This document shows, piece by piece, positions 1 through 10,531 of a stretch of DNA of 64,000 bases. Each line of letters starts with the position of its first letter. Within the stretch, counting starts at the first letter, position 1. The stretch comes from Actinomycetes bacterium (GTDB lineage: Bacteria > Actinomycetota > Actinomycetes > Mycobacteriales > Mycobacteriaceae): NCBI GenBank assembly GCA_023404955.1, contig JAEXZY010000152.1, forward strand, positions 8,716-72,715, written 5' to 3'. Both the position numbers and the translations under genes were made by a program. Under the pieces are notes generated by a model. It was given only the letters and a program-made list of their open reading frames with translations. It did no database searches and was not told the DNA's origin.

Positions 1-85
1 CACGCAGCGCATCGGTCAGCGGGTCGAACCGCCGCCGCTGCTTCTCGTACTCCTCCGCGCTGATCACGTCGAACGTGAAGTCCAT
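1..85 (-). CDS. 5' fragment of a gene running off the window, probably PaaI-family thioesterase
   Basis: Manual translation from ATG at 85: MDFTFDVISAEEYEKQRRRFDPLTDALR, open to the edge; family inferred from position downstream of glnE. Confidence 0.5.
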   Translation of the reverse strand, partial: MDFTFDVISAEEYEKQRRRFDPLTDALR

Positions 86-144
86 CTATGTTTCTTAGCA
101 CTGACAGCTGTCAACGCGGCGGCCGGGTTGCCCTCGCTCCGGTG

Positions 145-3120
145 TCAGCCGCCGAACACCTTGCGCACCACGGCTTTCGCGCGCCGGGTGACCCGCAGGT
201 AGTTGTCCAGGAATTCACCACCGTCGCCGTCGGGCCAGCCGGCGGCCACGGCCACGGCGTTGAGCAGCTTGCCAGGGCCGGGCAGTTGATCGGTGGGCTT
301 GCCGCGTACCAGCACCAGTGCGTTGCGCGCCCGGGTCGCGGTGAGCCACGCGTCGCGCAGCAGCTCGATGTCTCCCTCGGCGATCAGCTCTGCTGCCCCG
401 ATCGCGTTCAGCGTGTCCAGCGTCGAGGTGGTGTGCAGCGCCGGAATCTTGTGCGCGAACCGCAGCTGCAGCAACTGCACCGTCCACTCGATGTCGGCGA
501 GCCCGCCGCGGCCCAGCTTGGTGTTGGTGTTCGGGTCGGCGCCGCGGGGCAGCCGCTCGGCATCCACGCGGGCCTTGATGCGACGGATCTCCTGGACCGC
601 TTCGGCGGACACCCCGCCCGCGGGATAGCGCGTCTTGTCGATCATCAGCAGGAAGCGTTCCCCCAGCTCCAGATCGCCGGCCACCCGGTGGGCCCGCAGC
701 AGCGCCTGGATCTCCCACGCCTGCGCCCACTGCGAGTAGTACGCCTCGTAGGACGCCAGGGTGCGCACCAACGGTCCGTTGCGCCCTTCGGGCCGCAGGT
801 TCGCGTCGACCTCCAGCGGTGGGTCCGCACCCGGGGTGCCGAGCCGGGAACGCACCTGCTCGGCGACGGTGACCGACCACTTCACCGCGACGGACTCCTC
901 GACCCCGGCGTGCGGTTCGCACACGAACATCACGTCGGCATCGGACCCGTAGCCCAGTTCGCGTCCGCCGAGGCGGCCCATCCCGATCACCGCGATGCGC
1001 GCGGGCGGACCCTGGGCGGGGGTGTTCGCCCGGATCACCGCGTCGAGGGCCGCCTGCAGCACCGCCACCCACATCGACGTCAGCTGCGCGCACACCTCGG
1101 TGACGTCGAGCATGCCGAGCAGGTCCGCCGACGCGATGCGGGCGAGTTCGCGGCGACGCAGGGAGCGCGCCGCGGCGATCGCGCGGATCGGGTCGCTGTG
1201 CCGGGCGGCCGAGGCGACCAGAGAGCGGGCCACCCCGTCGGTGTCGACGTCGCACAGCTTCGGCCCGTTGGGCCCGTCGGCGTAGAGCTGGATCACCTCG
1301 GGCGCCCGCATGAGCAGCTCCGGCACGTACGCCGACGTGCCCAGCACGTGCATCAGTCGCTTGGCCACCGCGCCCTCGTCGCGCAGCGTCGCCAGATACC
1401 ACCGCTGATCGGCGAGCTGGTCGCTGAGCCTGCGGTAGTTCAACAGACCTGCGTCGGGATCGGGGGTGTCGGAGAGCCAGTCCAACAGCGTCGGCAGCAG
1501 CACCTGCTGCACCCGACCGCGCCGGCCGCCGCTGCTGGTCAACGCCGCCAGGTGCGTCAACGCACTCTGCGGACCTTCGTAACCCAGTGCGGCGAGCTGT
1601 CTTTCGGCCGATTCGGTGCTCATCACCTCGGATATCCCGAGCGATGTCTCGCCGACCGATTCGAGCAGCGGCTGATAGAACAGCTTGGCGTGCAGCCGCG
1701 ACACCCGGTGGCTCTGCCGCTTCAGTTCCTCCCGCAGCACGCCGAGCGCGTCGTGGCGGCCGTCGGGCCGGATGTGCGCCGCACGAGCCAGCCAACGCAT
1801 CGCCTCGTCGTCGTCGTCCTCGGGCAGCAGATGGGTGCGCTTGAGACGTTGCAACTGCAGTCGGTGCTCCAGCAGCCGGAGGAACTCATAGGACGCCGTC
1901 ATGTTGGCCGCGTCGTCCCGACCGATGTAGCCGCCCTCGCCGAGGGCCGCCAACGCGTTGACGGTGGACGCCACGTGCAGCGACTCGTCGAGCCGCCCGT
2001 GTACCAATTGCAGGAGTTGCACGGCGAATTCGACGTCGCGCAGACCGCCGGTGCCGAGCTTCAGCTCCCGCGAGCGCACCCCCGCAGGCACCAGCTCCAC
2101 GACGCGGCGACGCATCGCCTGCACGTCGGGCACGAAGGCCTCCCGCTCACTGGCGGTCCACACCATCGGCATCAGCGCTTCGACGTAGCGGCGACCGAGG
2201 TCGGCGTCGCCGGCGGCGGGCCGCGCCTTGAGCAGGGCCTGGAACTCCCAGGTCTTGGCCCAGCGCTCGTAGTAGGCGACGTGCGAGTCCAGGGTACGCA
2301 CCAGCGGACCCTGCTTGCCTTCGGGCCGCAGCGCCGCGTCGACTTCGAAGAACGCGTCGGAGGCCAGCCGCATCATCTCCCCGGCGATGCGGGTGGCCTG
2401 CGCCAACCGGCTGTGCGAACCGTCGTCGGTGACGAAGATGACGTCGACGTCGCTGACATAGTTCAGCTCCCGCGCGCCGCACTTGCCCATCGCGATCACT
2501 GCGAGAGCGGGCGGGTCGTCTTCTCCGCACACCGAGCGGGTGGTGACCGTCAACGCGGCCTGCAGCGCCGCGTCCGCGAGGTCAGACAGGTGCTCCCCGA
2601 CGACGGTGAACGGCAACACCGGCTCGTTCTCGACCGTCGGCGCCACGTCGAGCGCGGCAAGCACCAGCAGCCGGTCCCGGTACAGGGTGCGCAGCGCGGG
2701 CGCGGCAGCCGGTGCGCCGCTGACCTTTTCGGCCACCTCGCCGAACATCCTCGCGAGCTCGCCGACGCTGGGCAGACGGACCCGGCCCGCCAGCAGACGC
2801 CACGATTTCGGATTGGCCACCAGATGGTCGCCCAGCGCCAGCGAGGAGCCGATGACGGCGAACAACCGGCCCCGCAGCGCCTTGTCGGTCAGCAACGCGG
2901 CGTCGAGTTCGGCCCAGTCGCTGCCGAGCGCCTCGGAGAGCCGGACCAGGGTGCGCAGCGCGCTGTCGGCGTCCGGGGCGCGGGAGAGCGACCACAGCAG
3001 CTCGACGTGGGCGTCGGTGTTCCAGCCGAGCTGGTCGAGGTCGGCCTGCGCGGTCTTCTCCACGAGTCCGAGTCGGCCGACACCGGGCAGCTTGGGACGC
3101 TGCGTCGCGGGTTTGGCCAT
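145..3120 (-). CDS. glnE: Glutamine synthetase adenylyltransferase/deadenylylase
   Basis: 991 aa, two NTase motifs ([32 protein letters not shown]); follows glnA2. Confidence 0.97.
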   Translation of the reverse strand: MAKPATQRPKLPGVGRLGLVEKTAQADLDQLGWNTDAHVELLWSLSRAPDADSALRTLVRLSEALGSDWAELDAALLTDKALRGRLFAVIGSSLALGDHLVANPKSWRLLAGRVRLPSVGELARMFGEVAEKVSGAPAAAPALRTLYRDRLLVLAALDVAPTVENEPVLPFTVVGEHLSDLADAALQAALTVTTRSVCGEDDPPALAVIAMGKCGARELNYVSDVDVIFVTDDGSHSRLAQATRIAGEMMRLASDAFFEVDAALRPEGKQGPLVRTLDSHVAYYERWAKTWEFQALLKARPAAGDADLGRRYVEALMPMVWTASEREAFVPDVQAMRRRVVELVPAGVRSRELKLGTGGLRDVEFAVQLLQLVHGRLDESLHVASTVNALAALGEGGYIGRDDAANMTASYEFLRLLEHRLQLQRLKRTHLLPEDDDDEAMRWLARAAHIRPDGRHDALGVLREELKRQSHRVSRLHAKLFYQPLLESVGETSLGISEVMSTESAERQLAALGYEGPQSALTHLAALTSSGGRRGRVQQVLLPTLLDWLSDTPDPDAGLLNYRRLSDQLADQRWYLATLRDEGAVAKRLMHVLGTSAYVPELLMRAPEVIQLYADGPNGPKLCDVDTDGVARSLVASAARHSDPIRAIAAARSLRRRELARIASADLLGMLDVTEVCAQLTSMWVAVLQAALDAVIRANTPAQGPPARIAVIGMGRLGGRELGYGSDADVMFVCEPHAGVEESVAVKWSVTVAEQVRSRLGTPGADPPLEVDANLRPEGRNGPLVRTLASYEAYYSQWAQAWEIQALLRAHRVAGDLELGERFLLMIDKTRYPAGGVSAEAVQEIRRIKARVDAERLPRGADPNTNTKLGRGGLADIEWTVQLLQLRFAHKIPALHTTSTLDTLNAIGAAELIAEGDIELLRDAWLTATRARNALVLVRGKPTDQLPGPGKLLNAVAVAAGWPDGDGGEFLDNYLRVTRRAKAVVRKVFGG

Positions 3121-3150
3121 ACCGGTGAATCTAGTCCGGCCCGTTCGCAG

Positions 3151-4491
3151 TTAGAGCGACAGGTAGTTCTTCAGCTCGAACGGCGTGACGGTGCTGCGGT
3201 AGTTCTCCCACTCGGCGCGCTTGTTGCGCAGGAAGAAGTCGAAGACGTGTTCACCGAGCGCCTCGGCGACCAGCTCGGAGTTCTCCATCTCGGTCAGTGC
3301 GACTCCGAGGCTGCCGGGTAGCTCCTTATATCCCATCGCGCGGCGTTCCTCGGGTGTCAGGCTCCAGACGTTGTCCTCGGCCTGCGGGCCCAGCACGTAG
3401 TTCTTCTCGATGCCGCGCAGGCCGGCGGCCAGCAGCACCGCGAACGCCAGGTAGGGGTTGCAGGCCGAATCGGGGCTGCGCACCTCGACCCGGCGCGATG
3501 ACGCCTTGTGCGGCGTGTACATCGGCACCCGGACCAGCGCCGAACGGTTGGCCGCGCCCCATGACGCCGCGGTCGGTGCCTCGCCGCCGTGGACCAGCCG
3601 CTTGTAGGAGTTCACCCACTGGTTGGTGACAGCGCTGATCTCCTGGGCGTGCTCGAGAATGCCTGCGATGAAGGACTTTCCGACCTCGGAGAGCTGCAGC
3701 GGGTCGTCGGGGCTGTGGAAGGCGTTGTTCTCGCCCTCGAACAGGCTCATGTGGGTGTGCATCGCCGAGCCCGGGTGTTCGGCGAAGGGCTTGGGCATGA
3801 AGGATGCCCGCACACCGTCGCCGAGCGCGACCTCCTTGACGACGTAGCGGAACGTCATCACGTTGTCGGCCATCGACAGCGCGTCGGCGTAACGCAGGTC
3901 GATCTCCTGCTGGCCCGGCGCGCCCTCGTGGTGGCTGAACTCGACCGAGATGCCCATCTGCTCGAGCGCGTCGATGGCGTGCCGGCGGAAGTTCGGCGCC
4001 GAATCGTGGACGGCCTGGTCGAAGTAGCCGCCGTTGTCCGCGGGCACCGGCGGGGTGCCGTCGTCGGGCCCGGGCTTGAGGAGGAAGAACTCGATCTCGG
4101 GGTGCACGTAGCAGGAGAACCCGAGATCGCTGGCCTTGGAGAGCTGACGGCGCAGCACGTGCCGCGAGTCGGCCCACGACGGTGAACCGTCGGGCATCGT
4201 GATGTCGCAGAACATGCGTGCCGAGTGGTGCTCGCCGGCGCTCGACGTCCACGGCAGCACCTGGAACGTCGAGGGGTCGGGCCGGGCGACCATGTCGGCT
4301 TCGGACACGCGGGCGAAGCCTTCGATCGACGAACCGTCGAAGCCGATGCCCTCCTCGAAGGCGCCTTCCAACTCCGCCGGCGCGATCGCGACCGACTTGA
4401 GGTATCCGAGCACGTCGGTGAACCACAGCCGGACGAAGCGGATATCGCGTTCTTCCAGCGTGCGCAGCACGAATTCCTTCTGCCGATCCAT
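3151..4491 (-). CDS. glnA2: Type I glutamine synthetase family protein GlnA2
   Basis: 446 aa, MDRQKEFVLRTLEERDIRFVRLWFTD, FDGSS, HHEGAPGQQEI, FMPKP. Confidence 0.97.
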   Translation of the reverse strand: MDRQKEFVLRTLEERDIRFVRLWFTDVLGYLKSVAIAPAELEGAFEEGIGFDGSSIEGFARVSEADMVARPDPSTFQVLPWTSSAGEHHSARMFCDITMPDGSPSWADSRHVLRRQLSKASDLGFSCYVHPEIEFFLLKPGPDDGTPPVPADNGGYFDQAVHDSAPNFRRHAIDALEQMGISVEFSHHEGAPGQQEIDLRYADALSMADNVMTFRYVVKEVALGDGVRASFMPKPFAEHPGSAMHTHMSLFEGENNAFHSPDDPLQLSEVGKSFIAGILEHAQEISAVTNQWVNSYKRLVHGGEAPTAASWGAANRSALVRVPMYTPHKASSRRVEVRSPDSACNPYLAFAVLLAAGLRGIEKNYVLGPQAEDNVWSLTPEERRAMGYKELPGSLGVALTEMENSELVAEALGEHVFDFFLRNKRAEWENYRSTVTPFELKNYLSL

Positions 4492-4497
4492 GATGGA

Positions 4498-4529
4498 AGC
4501 CTAATTTCCGCCTGTTAATTCCGTGTTAC
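4498..4529 (-). promoter_or_regulatory. glnA2 leaderless promoter with probable GlnR site
   Basis: Minus strand GTAAC-acggaa-TTAAC (AC-N9-AC, 4529-4514), then TAGGCT -10 six nt before the ATG. Confidence 0.7.
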
Positions 4530-4536
4530 GGCGCTG

Positions 4537-6030
4537 CTAGCAGCGCAATCCGGCAGCCGGGGGTTTCAACCGGACGAGGAAGTCGACGACGGTCGTGTCG
4601 ACGCACTGGTCGCCGTTGAACACGACGGTGTGCTGACTGCCCTCGAAGGTGACCAGCGACGCGCCCATCTGACGGGCCAGGTCGACCCCCGCCTGGTACG
4701 GCGTGGCCGGGTCCCCCGTCGTCGACACGACGACGACCTTGCCCGGCCCGGGCGAGGTGGCCGGGCCGACCACCGGAGTCGCCGGCACCGGCCACATCGC
4801 GCAGGTGTTGCGCGGCGCGAACCCGGTGAACTGCCCGAAGGACGAGAACGGGGCCGCGGCCCTGATGCGTCTGTCCGCGTCGGCCCACGCGGCCGGATCG
4901 GTGGGATACACCGAATCCAGGCAGCGGATCGCGGTGAACGCGTCCTGGCGGTTGCTGTAGTGACCGTTGCGATCTCGCTGCTGATAGTCGTCGGCGAGCA
5001 GGAGCAGATCGACGGGATCGGTGCCGCGTTCGAGTCCGAGCAGGCCGCTGGTGATGTAGGGCCAGTAGCGCGGCGAGTAAAGACCCGAAACGGTACCGGT
5101 GAACGCGTCCTGGTAGCTCAGACCGCGCGGGTCCGAGGTGGTGGCCGGCCGTGCGGCCAGCGGGTCGATCAGCTGGTGGTAGCGGGCGACGGCCTGGGCC
5201 GGGTCGTTGCCCAGCGGGCAGTCGGCGTCGGTCATGCAGTCGGCGGCGTACTTCTCGAAGGCCTTCTGGAAGCCGGCCATCTGGTTGACGCTCGCGGTGA
5301 TCGGGTCGAGGCTGGGGTCCACCGCGCCGTCGAGAACCATGGCGCGCACTCGGTCGGGATAGCGGTCGGCGTAGAGGGCGCCGAGCTCGGTGCCGTAGGA
5401 GAAACCGAGGAAGTTGATCTGCGCTTCGCCGAGCGCCTCGCGGACGGCGTCCATGTCACGGACCGCGACCGCGGTGCCGATGTTGGCCAGGTAGTCCGCA
5501 CCCATCGTCGACAGGCACTGGCCGGCGAAATCGCGCAGCACCCCTTCGATCTGGGCGACGCCGGCCGGGCTGTAGTCGGTCATCGGCTGGGCCCGGTACG
5601 CGTCGAACTGTGCGTCGGTGCGGCAGCGCAGTTGGGGTGTCGAGTGTCCGACGCCGCGGGGGTCGATGCCGATCAGATCGAATTGCTCCGTGATCGGCGA
5701 GCCGGTCAGGGACCCGCCCATGTCGGCGACGGTGTCGACCGCTGAGGCGCCCGGTCCGCCGGGGTTCACCAGCAGCGCACCGATCTTCCGGCCGCTGGCG
5801 GGGATCTTGATGACGGCCAATTGTGCTTGTGCGCCATCGGGTTTCGCGTAGTCGACGGGCACCGAGACGGTGGTACACCGCGCCGTGGGGATGCGGGAGG
5901 CGTCCTTGACGACGTCGGCGCAGGACCCCCACGACACCGCCGATGCCGGCATCGGCGCGGCTGCCGCGGGCGGGCACAGCGCTGCCGTCAGCACGCACAC
6001 AGCCGCGATCGCCCGTCCCACCTGCCACAT
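4537..6030 (-). CDS. Secreted alpha/beta hydrolase (TAP-like, Rv2223c/CaeB-like)
   Basis: Signal peptide, NPGGPG, DPRGVG, GFSYG nucleophile, GDPATP, QHT; start set at MWQVGR. Confidence 0.88.
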   Translation of the reverse strand: MWQVGRAIAAVCVLTAALCPPAAAAPMPASAVSWGSCADVVKDASRIPTARCTTVSVPVDYAKPDGAQAQLAVIKIPASGRKIGALLVNPGGPGASAVDTVADMGGSLTGSPITEQFDLIGIDPRGVGHSTPQLRCRTDAQFDAYRAQPMTDYSPAGVAQIEGVLRDFAGQCLSTMGADYLANIGTAVAVRDMDAVREALGEAQINFLGFSYGTELGALYADRYPDRVRAMVLDGAVDPSLDPITASVNQMAGFQKAFEKYAADCMTDADCPLGNDPAQAVARYHQLIDPLAARPATTSDPRGLSYQDAFTGTVSGLYSPRYWPYITSGLLGLERGTDPVDLLLLADDYQQRDRNGHYSNRQDAFTAIRCLDSVYPTDPAAWADADRRIRAAAPFSSFGQFTGFAPRNTCAMWPVPATPVVGPATSPGPGKVVVVSTTGDPATPYQAGVDLARQMGASLVTFEGSQHTVVFNGDQCVDTTVVDFLVRLKPPAAGLRC

Positions 6031-6098
6031 GGGAGTCCATGCTGTCACGCGATACCGCGCGCGGCTTCCCCTGGGGCCCAACGGTGACCGGGCTGTTA

Positions 6099-6545
6099 TC
6101 AGGCGTCGAGCTCGTAGGTCAGCCAGCTGGACTTCTCGGCCCCGATGCCGTCGTAGAGCCGCTGGGCGGTGACGTTGTCCGGCGCCGTCTCCCACACCAG
6201 CTTCTGCGCCCCGTGCTCACGGCACAGCTGCAGGCAGCGGTCGATCAGCGCGCGGCCGGCACCGGTCCCCCGCGCCCGCTCGGTGACGAAGAGGTCGTTG
6301 AGCACGCCGACGCGTGCGGCGTAGAGCGTCTGCCACGTCCAGAACACCGTCGCGAAACCGACTGTCGCACCAGCGCCGTCACGGGCGATGAGCTGCAGGC
6401 CCTCCCGCGGGTCGGCGATCAGCGCGCGCATCATCGCGGTGAGATCGGCGTCGGTGGGGTCGACACGGTAGAAGTCGCAGTACCCCCGCATCAGGGGCAT
6501 CACGGCGGGCAGATCGGACTCGCCGACGACGGTGATCGTCAGCAT
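6099..6545 (-). CDS. GNAT family N-acetyltransferase
   Basis: LNDLFVTERARGTGAGRALI acetyl-CoA motif, N..AQRLY. Confidence 0.88.
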   Translation of the reverse strand: MLTITVVGESDLPAVMPLMRGYCDFYRVDPTDADLTAMMRALIADPREGLQLIARDGAGATVGFATVFWTWQTLYAARVGVLNDLFVTERARGTGAGRALIDRCLQLCREHGAQKLVWETAPDNVTAQRLYDGIGAEKSSWLTYELDA

Positions 6546-8065
6546 CGCGCACCGGCAGGCGGCACCGTCAGGTCGAGCAGGTACCGGGTGGCGATGTCGT
6601 CGACGCACGCGTTGCCCTGCAGGGCGACGGTGTGCTGGGTGCCCTCATAGGTCAGCAGGCTGCCGCCGAGCTGCTTGGCCAGGTCGACACCCGCCTGGTA
6701 CGGCGTGGCGGGGTCGTTGGTCGTGGAGACCACCAGAACCGGGGGCAGCCCGTTGACCTTGATCTCGTGGCGCTGGCTGGTCGGCGGCACGGGCCACATC
6801 GCGCACGTCCCCAGCGGGGCGTACCCGGTGAACGTCCCGTAGCTCATGAAGGGCGCGGCGTCGCGCAGGCGCCGGTCCTGATCGACGAGGGTGGCCCGGT
6901 CGGTGATCGCCGGCTTGTCGACGCAGTTCACGGCGACGCGGACGTCGGTGGAGTTGTTGTAGTGGCCTTGGGCGTCGCGGCCCATGTACAGGTCGGCCAG
7001 CGAGAGCATGGTGTCGCCACGGCCTTCCTTGATCTCGCTCAGCGCCTGGGTCAGGTGCCGCCACAGGTTCGGCGAGTAGAGCGGCAGGATCGTGCCGACC
7101 ACCGCGTCGGAGTAGCTCAGGCCGCGGGGGTCGGTGGTGCTGGCGGGCTTGTCCACCAACGGCCACACCAGGGATTGGTAGACCGCGACGGCCTTGGCCG
7201 GATCGGTGCCCAGCGGGCAGCTCTCGTCTTTGGCGCAGTCCGCGGCGTAGTCGTCGAAGGCTTTCTGGAAGGCGGCGGCCTGGCGGACGTCGGCCTCCAG
7301 CGGGTCGGCGTTGGGGTCGACCGCGCCGTCGAGGATCATCGCGCGCACCTTGTCCGGGTAGGCCTCGGCGTAACCGGCCCCGATGCGGGTGCCGTACGAG
7401 TAGCCCAGGTAGGTCAGCTTCTCGTCGCCGAGGGCCTGGCGCAGCGCGTCGAGATCCTTGATGACGCTGGCTGTCCCGACGTTGGCGAGGAAGTCCTTAC
7501 CCATCTTGTCGACGCAACGTTGGACGAACTCCTTGGTGAGTTTTTCCATGTGCGCCACCCCTTCGGGGGTGTACGCCACGACGTTGTCAGCCCGCAGCCG
7601 GTCGTTGTCGGCGTCGCTGTTGCACCACACCGCGGGTGAGGAGTTCGCGACGCCGCGCGGGTCGAAGCCCACCAGGTCGAACCGCTCCCGCAGCGCCTCG
7701 GGCAGGGTCGCGAGCATGTTGGCGGCCGCATTGACCCCCGATTCGCCGGGGCCGCCGGGGTTGACGATCAGTGACCCGATCTTCTGGCCGGTGGCCTTGA
7801 ACCGCACCACGGCGATCTGCGCGACCGCGCCCTCGGCGCTGTCGGGGTTGTCCCAGTTCACCGGGACAGACAACAGGCCACAGTCGGCGCCGGTGGGGAT
7901 GCGGGAGCGGTCGGACGGCCCGACGGGCTTGCACGCGCTCCACTGGATCGGCGAACCGGGACGCGGGACCGCGAGCATGGCACGGCCGTCGACGACCTTG
8001 CTGCATCCGGCGACGAGCAGCATGACCGCCGCGAGGACGAGGCCGGATCGCGCGATCCCGGTCAT
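6539..8065 (-). CDS. hip1: Lipoprotein serine hydrolase/protease (Hip1/CaeA, Rv2224c-like)
   Basis: Lipobox LVAGC, NPGGPGESG, GYSYG, NDPATP; synteny. Confidence 0.85.
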   Translation of the reverse strand: MTGIARSGLVLAAVMLLVAGCSKVVDGRAMLAVPRPGSPIQWSACKPVGPSDRSRIPTGADCGLLSVPVNWDNPDSAEGAVAQIAVVRFKATGQKIGSLIVNPGGPGESGVNAAANMLATLPEALRERFDLVGFDPRGVANSSPAVWCNSDADNDRLRADNVVAYTPEGVAHMEKLTKEFVQRCVDKMGKDFLANVGTASVIKDLDALRQALGDEKLTYLGYSYGTRIGAGYAEAYPDKVRAMILDGAVDPNADPLEADVRQAAAFQKAFDDYAADCAKDESCPLGTDPAKAVAVYQSLVWPLVDKPASTTDPRGLSYSDAVVGTILPLYSPNLWRHLTQALSEIKEGRGDTMLSLADLYMGRDAQGHYNNSTDVRVAVNCVDKPAITDRATLVDQDRRLRDAAPFMSYGTFTGYAPLGTCAMWPVPPTSQRHEIKVNGLPPVLVVSTTNDPATPYQAGVDLAKQLGGSLLTYEGTQHTVALQGNACVDDIATRYLLDLTVPPAGARC

Positions 8066-8130
8066 GTGCTTCATGGCAACACATGCTGCCATGAACCGGC
8101 ATCTGCGCTGGAAAGGCGCGGTCGGGCCGC

Positions 8131-9528
8131 CTACTTGGTCGCGTCCAGCAGCTCTTTGAGCGCGACGTCGAAGTCGTCGGCCATGTCCCACAGGTCGGGC
8201 AGCAGCTCAGGGCAGCTGACGATGCCGACGTCGAGGTTGCCCGACAGCGACATCACGGTGATGTTCAGCCCGGAACCGTGGAAGATCGGCCCCAGCGGGT
8301 ACATCGCCTCCACCCCACAGCCCAGCATGTAGAGCCGGCCCTGCGGCCCCGGCACGTTGGACACCACCAGGTTGTGCACCGGCCGGGCGCCGCTGAGCCG
8401 GCTACTGGCGTAGACCCTCATCGCGGCGCCGAACACCGCGGGGGCGGCGAACTGCGTCCAGTCCTGCAGCAGCGTGGCGGCGATCGCCGAACTGTGTTGC
8501 TTGGCAACGGTATTGGCTTCGGCTATCGCCTTGAGCCGCTCGACGGGGTCGGCGATGCTGGTTTCCAGCCGCGCGAACATGCCCGACACCTGGTTGCGGC
8601 CGGGCCGGTCGGACTTCTCGTGCACCGACACCGGCACCATCGCGATGAGCGAGCTGTCCGGCAGCTCGCCACGGTCGAGCAGGAACGTGCGCAGCACTCC
8701 GGAGACCAGAGCCATCACCACGTCGTTGACCTTGACGCCGAAGTGGTTCTTGACGGTCTTGACGTCGTCCAGGTCGAGGTGGGCGAACGCCACATTGCGG
8801 TGACCGGTCACGTTGGCATTGAACGCGGTCTTGGGGGCGATGAACGGGGGCGCCATCGTCTGCCCGCTGCGAACCCGCCGGACCGTGTCGATCACGGTCG
8901 TCAGCGTGTTCGGCACCGCGTTGACCAGCCCGAGGGGCCGACTGACGAAGCGCACCGCGCCGCTGACGGCGATCTCGAGATCGCTCCCGCCACCGGGACC
9001 GGCGACGGGCTCGGGAGCCGGCGCGTCGGGTTCGGTGGTGCACAGCTTTGACATCAGGTTGGCGCCGGTGACGCCGTCGACGGCGGCGTGGTGCACCTTG
9101 GTCATCACCGCGATGCGGTCACCTGCGCCGTCATCTCGCGAGTCGCTGCCCAGGTTCTCGATGACCCACATCTCCCACAGCGGGCGGGTGCGATCCAGCG
9201 GCAGGGACGCGATGTGTCCGCAGATCTCGGCGAGCTCCCGCGGGCCACCCGGCGACGGCAGCCCCATCCGGTGCAGGTGCCGGTCGACGTCGAAGTCCGG
9301 ATCGTCCACCCATACGGGATGGTCGAGGTTGAATCGGTTGTCGGCCAAGCGTTCCCGAAACTCGGGCATTGCGCGGATGCGTTCGGCCAGCAGGTCACGC
9401 AGCCGGGCGAAGGAGTAGCCGCCGGGCATCGTGGAGGCATCGAGTTCGAGGATCGAGCACACGTGCAATGGCTGCGCCGCGGTCTCGAGGTAGAGAAAAC
9501 TGGCGTCGAGCCCGCTGAGCCGTTGCAT
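8131..9528 (-). CDS. Wax ester synthase/diacylglycerol acyltransferase (WS/DGAT)
   Basis: MQRLSGLDASFLYLE, PLWE, HHAAVDG motif, SNVPGP; TACGAT -10 six nt before ATG. Confidence 0.93.
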   Translation of the reverse strand: MQRLSGLDASFLYLETAAQPLHVCSILELDASTMPGGYSFARLRDLLAERIRAMPEFRERLADNRFNLDHPVWVDDPDFDVDRHLHRMGLPSPGGPRELAEICGHIASLPLDRTRPLWEMWVIENLGSDSRDDGAGDRIAVMTKVHHAAVDGVTGANLMSKLCTTEPDAPAPEPVAGPGGGSDLEIAVSGAVRFVSRPLGLVNAVPNTLTTVIDTVRRVRSGQTMAPPFIAPKTAFNANVTGHRNVAFAHLDLDDVKTVKNHFGVKVNDVVMALVSGVLRTFLLDRGELPDSSLIAMVPVSVHEKSDRPGRNQVSGMFARLETSIADPVERLKAIAEANTVAKQHSSAIAATLLQDWTQFAAPAVFGAAMRVYASSRLSGARPVHNLVVSNVPGPQGRLYMLGCGVEAMYPLGPIFHGSGLNITVMSLSGNLDVGIVSCPELLPDLWDMADDFDVALKELLDATK

Positions 9529-9685
9529 CCGCCGATCGTAGGCGCGCCGAAGATGGATGTGAGCAAATCCACTTAACGCGTTGTTCAACTTCTTGTGACG
9601 TGATGGCAGACTTGACGGGTCAGCGGAACCCGGGGACCCCGAGCGGCCTCGAGGATCCGAAACGACCACCCATCTGGAGACATCG

Positions 9686-10528
9686 ATGTCTGAACAGAGT
9701 GTGTACGGGGCTGCCGCCCACACCGCTGCTCCGCGGACCAAGATCCGCACCCATCACCTCGCCACGTGGAAATCCGAAGGCCACAAGTGGGCGATGCTGA
9801 CGGCGTACGACTTCTCGACCGCCCGAGTGTTCGACGAGGCCGAGATTCCGGTGCTCCTCGTGGGCGACTCGGCGGCCAACGTCGTGTACGGCTACGACAC
9901 CACCGTGCCGGTCACGATCGACGAGCTGATCCCGCTGGTGCGCGGTGTCGTTCGGGGTGCCCCGCACGCGCTGGTCGTGGCCGATCTGCCGTTCGGCAGC
10001 TACGAGGCCGGTCCGGCGCAGGCTCTGGCGACCGCCACCCGGTTCCTGAAGGAGACGGGCGCGCACGCGGTCAAGCTCGAGGGCGGCGAGCGGGTGGCCG
10101 AGCAGATCGCCACCGTGTCGGCCGCCGGTATCCCGGTGATGGCGCACATCGGTTTCACCCCGCAGAGCGTGAACGGGCTGGGCGGCTTCAAGGTGCAGGG
10201 TCGCGGTGACGGCGCCGAGCAGACGATCCACGACGCGATCGCCGTGCAGGAAGCCGGCGCGTTCGCGGTGGTGATGGAGATGGTGCCCGCCGAGCTGGCC
10301 ACGCAGATCACCGGCAAGCTGACCATCCCGACGGTCGGCATCGGCGCCGGCCCCAACTGCGACGGCCAGGTGCTCGTCTGGCAGGACATGGCCGGCATGA
10401 CCAGCGGCCGCACCGCGAAGTTCGTCAAGAAGTTCGGTGCGGTCGGCGACGAACTGCGACGCGCTGCAACGCAATACGCAGCCGAGGTGGCCACCGGAGC
10501 GTTCCCCGCCGAGGAGCACTCCTTCTAG
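9686..10528 (+). CDS. panB: 3-methyl-2-oxobutanoate hydroxymethyltransferase
   Basis: [33 protein letters not shown]. Confidence 0.98.
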   Translation: MSEQSVYGAAAHTAAPRTKIRTHHLATWKSEGHKWAMLTAYDFSTARVFDEAEIPVLLVGDSAANVVYGYDTTVPVTIDELIPLVRGVVRGAPHALVVADLPFGSYEAGPAQALATATRFLKETGAHAVKLEGGERVAEQIATVSAAGIPVMAHIGFTPQSVNGLGGFKVQGRGDGAEQTIHDAIAVQEAGAFAVVMEMVPAELATQITGKLTIPTVGIGAGPNCDGQVLVWQDMAGMTSGRTAKFVKKFGAVGDELRRAATQYAAEVATGAFPAEEHSF

Positions 10529-10531
10529 CCG

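Noticed and set aside
88..3321. 1077-aa plus-strand ORF
   Set aside because: Antisense shadow of glnE caused by high-GC codon bias; no recognisable motifs
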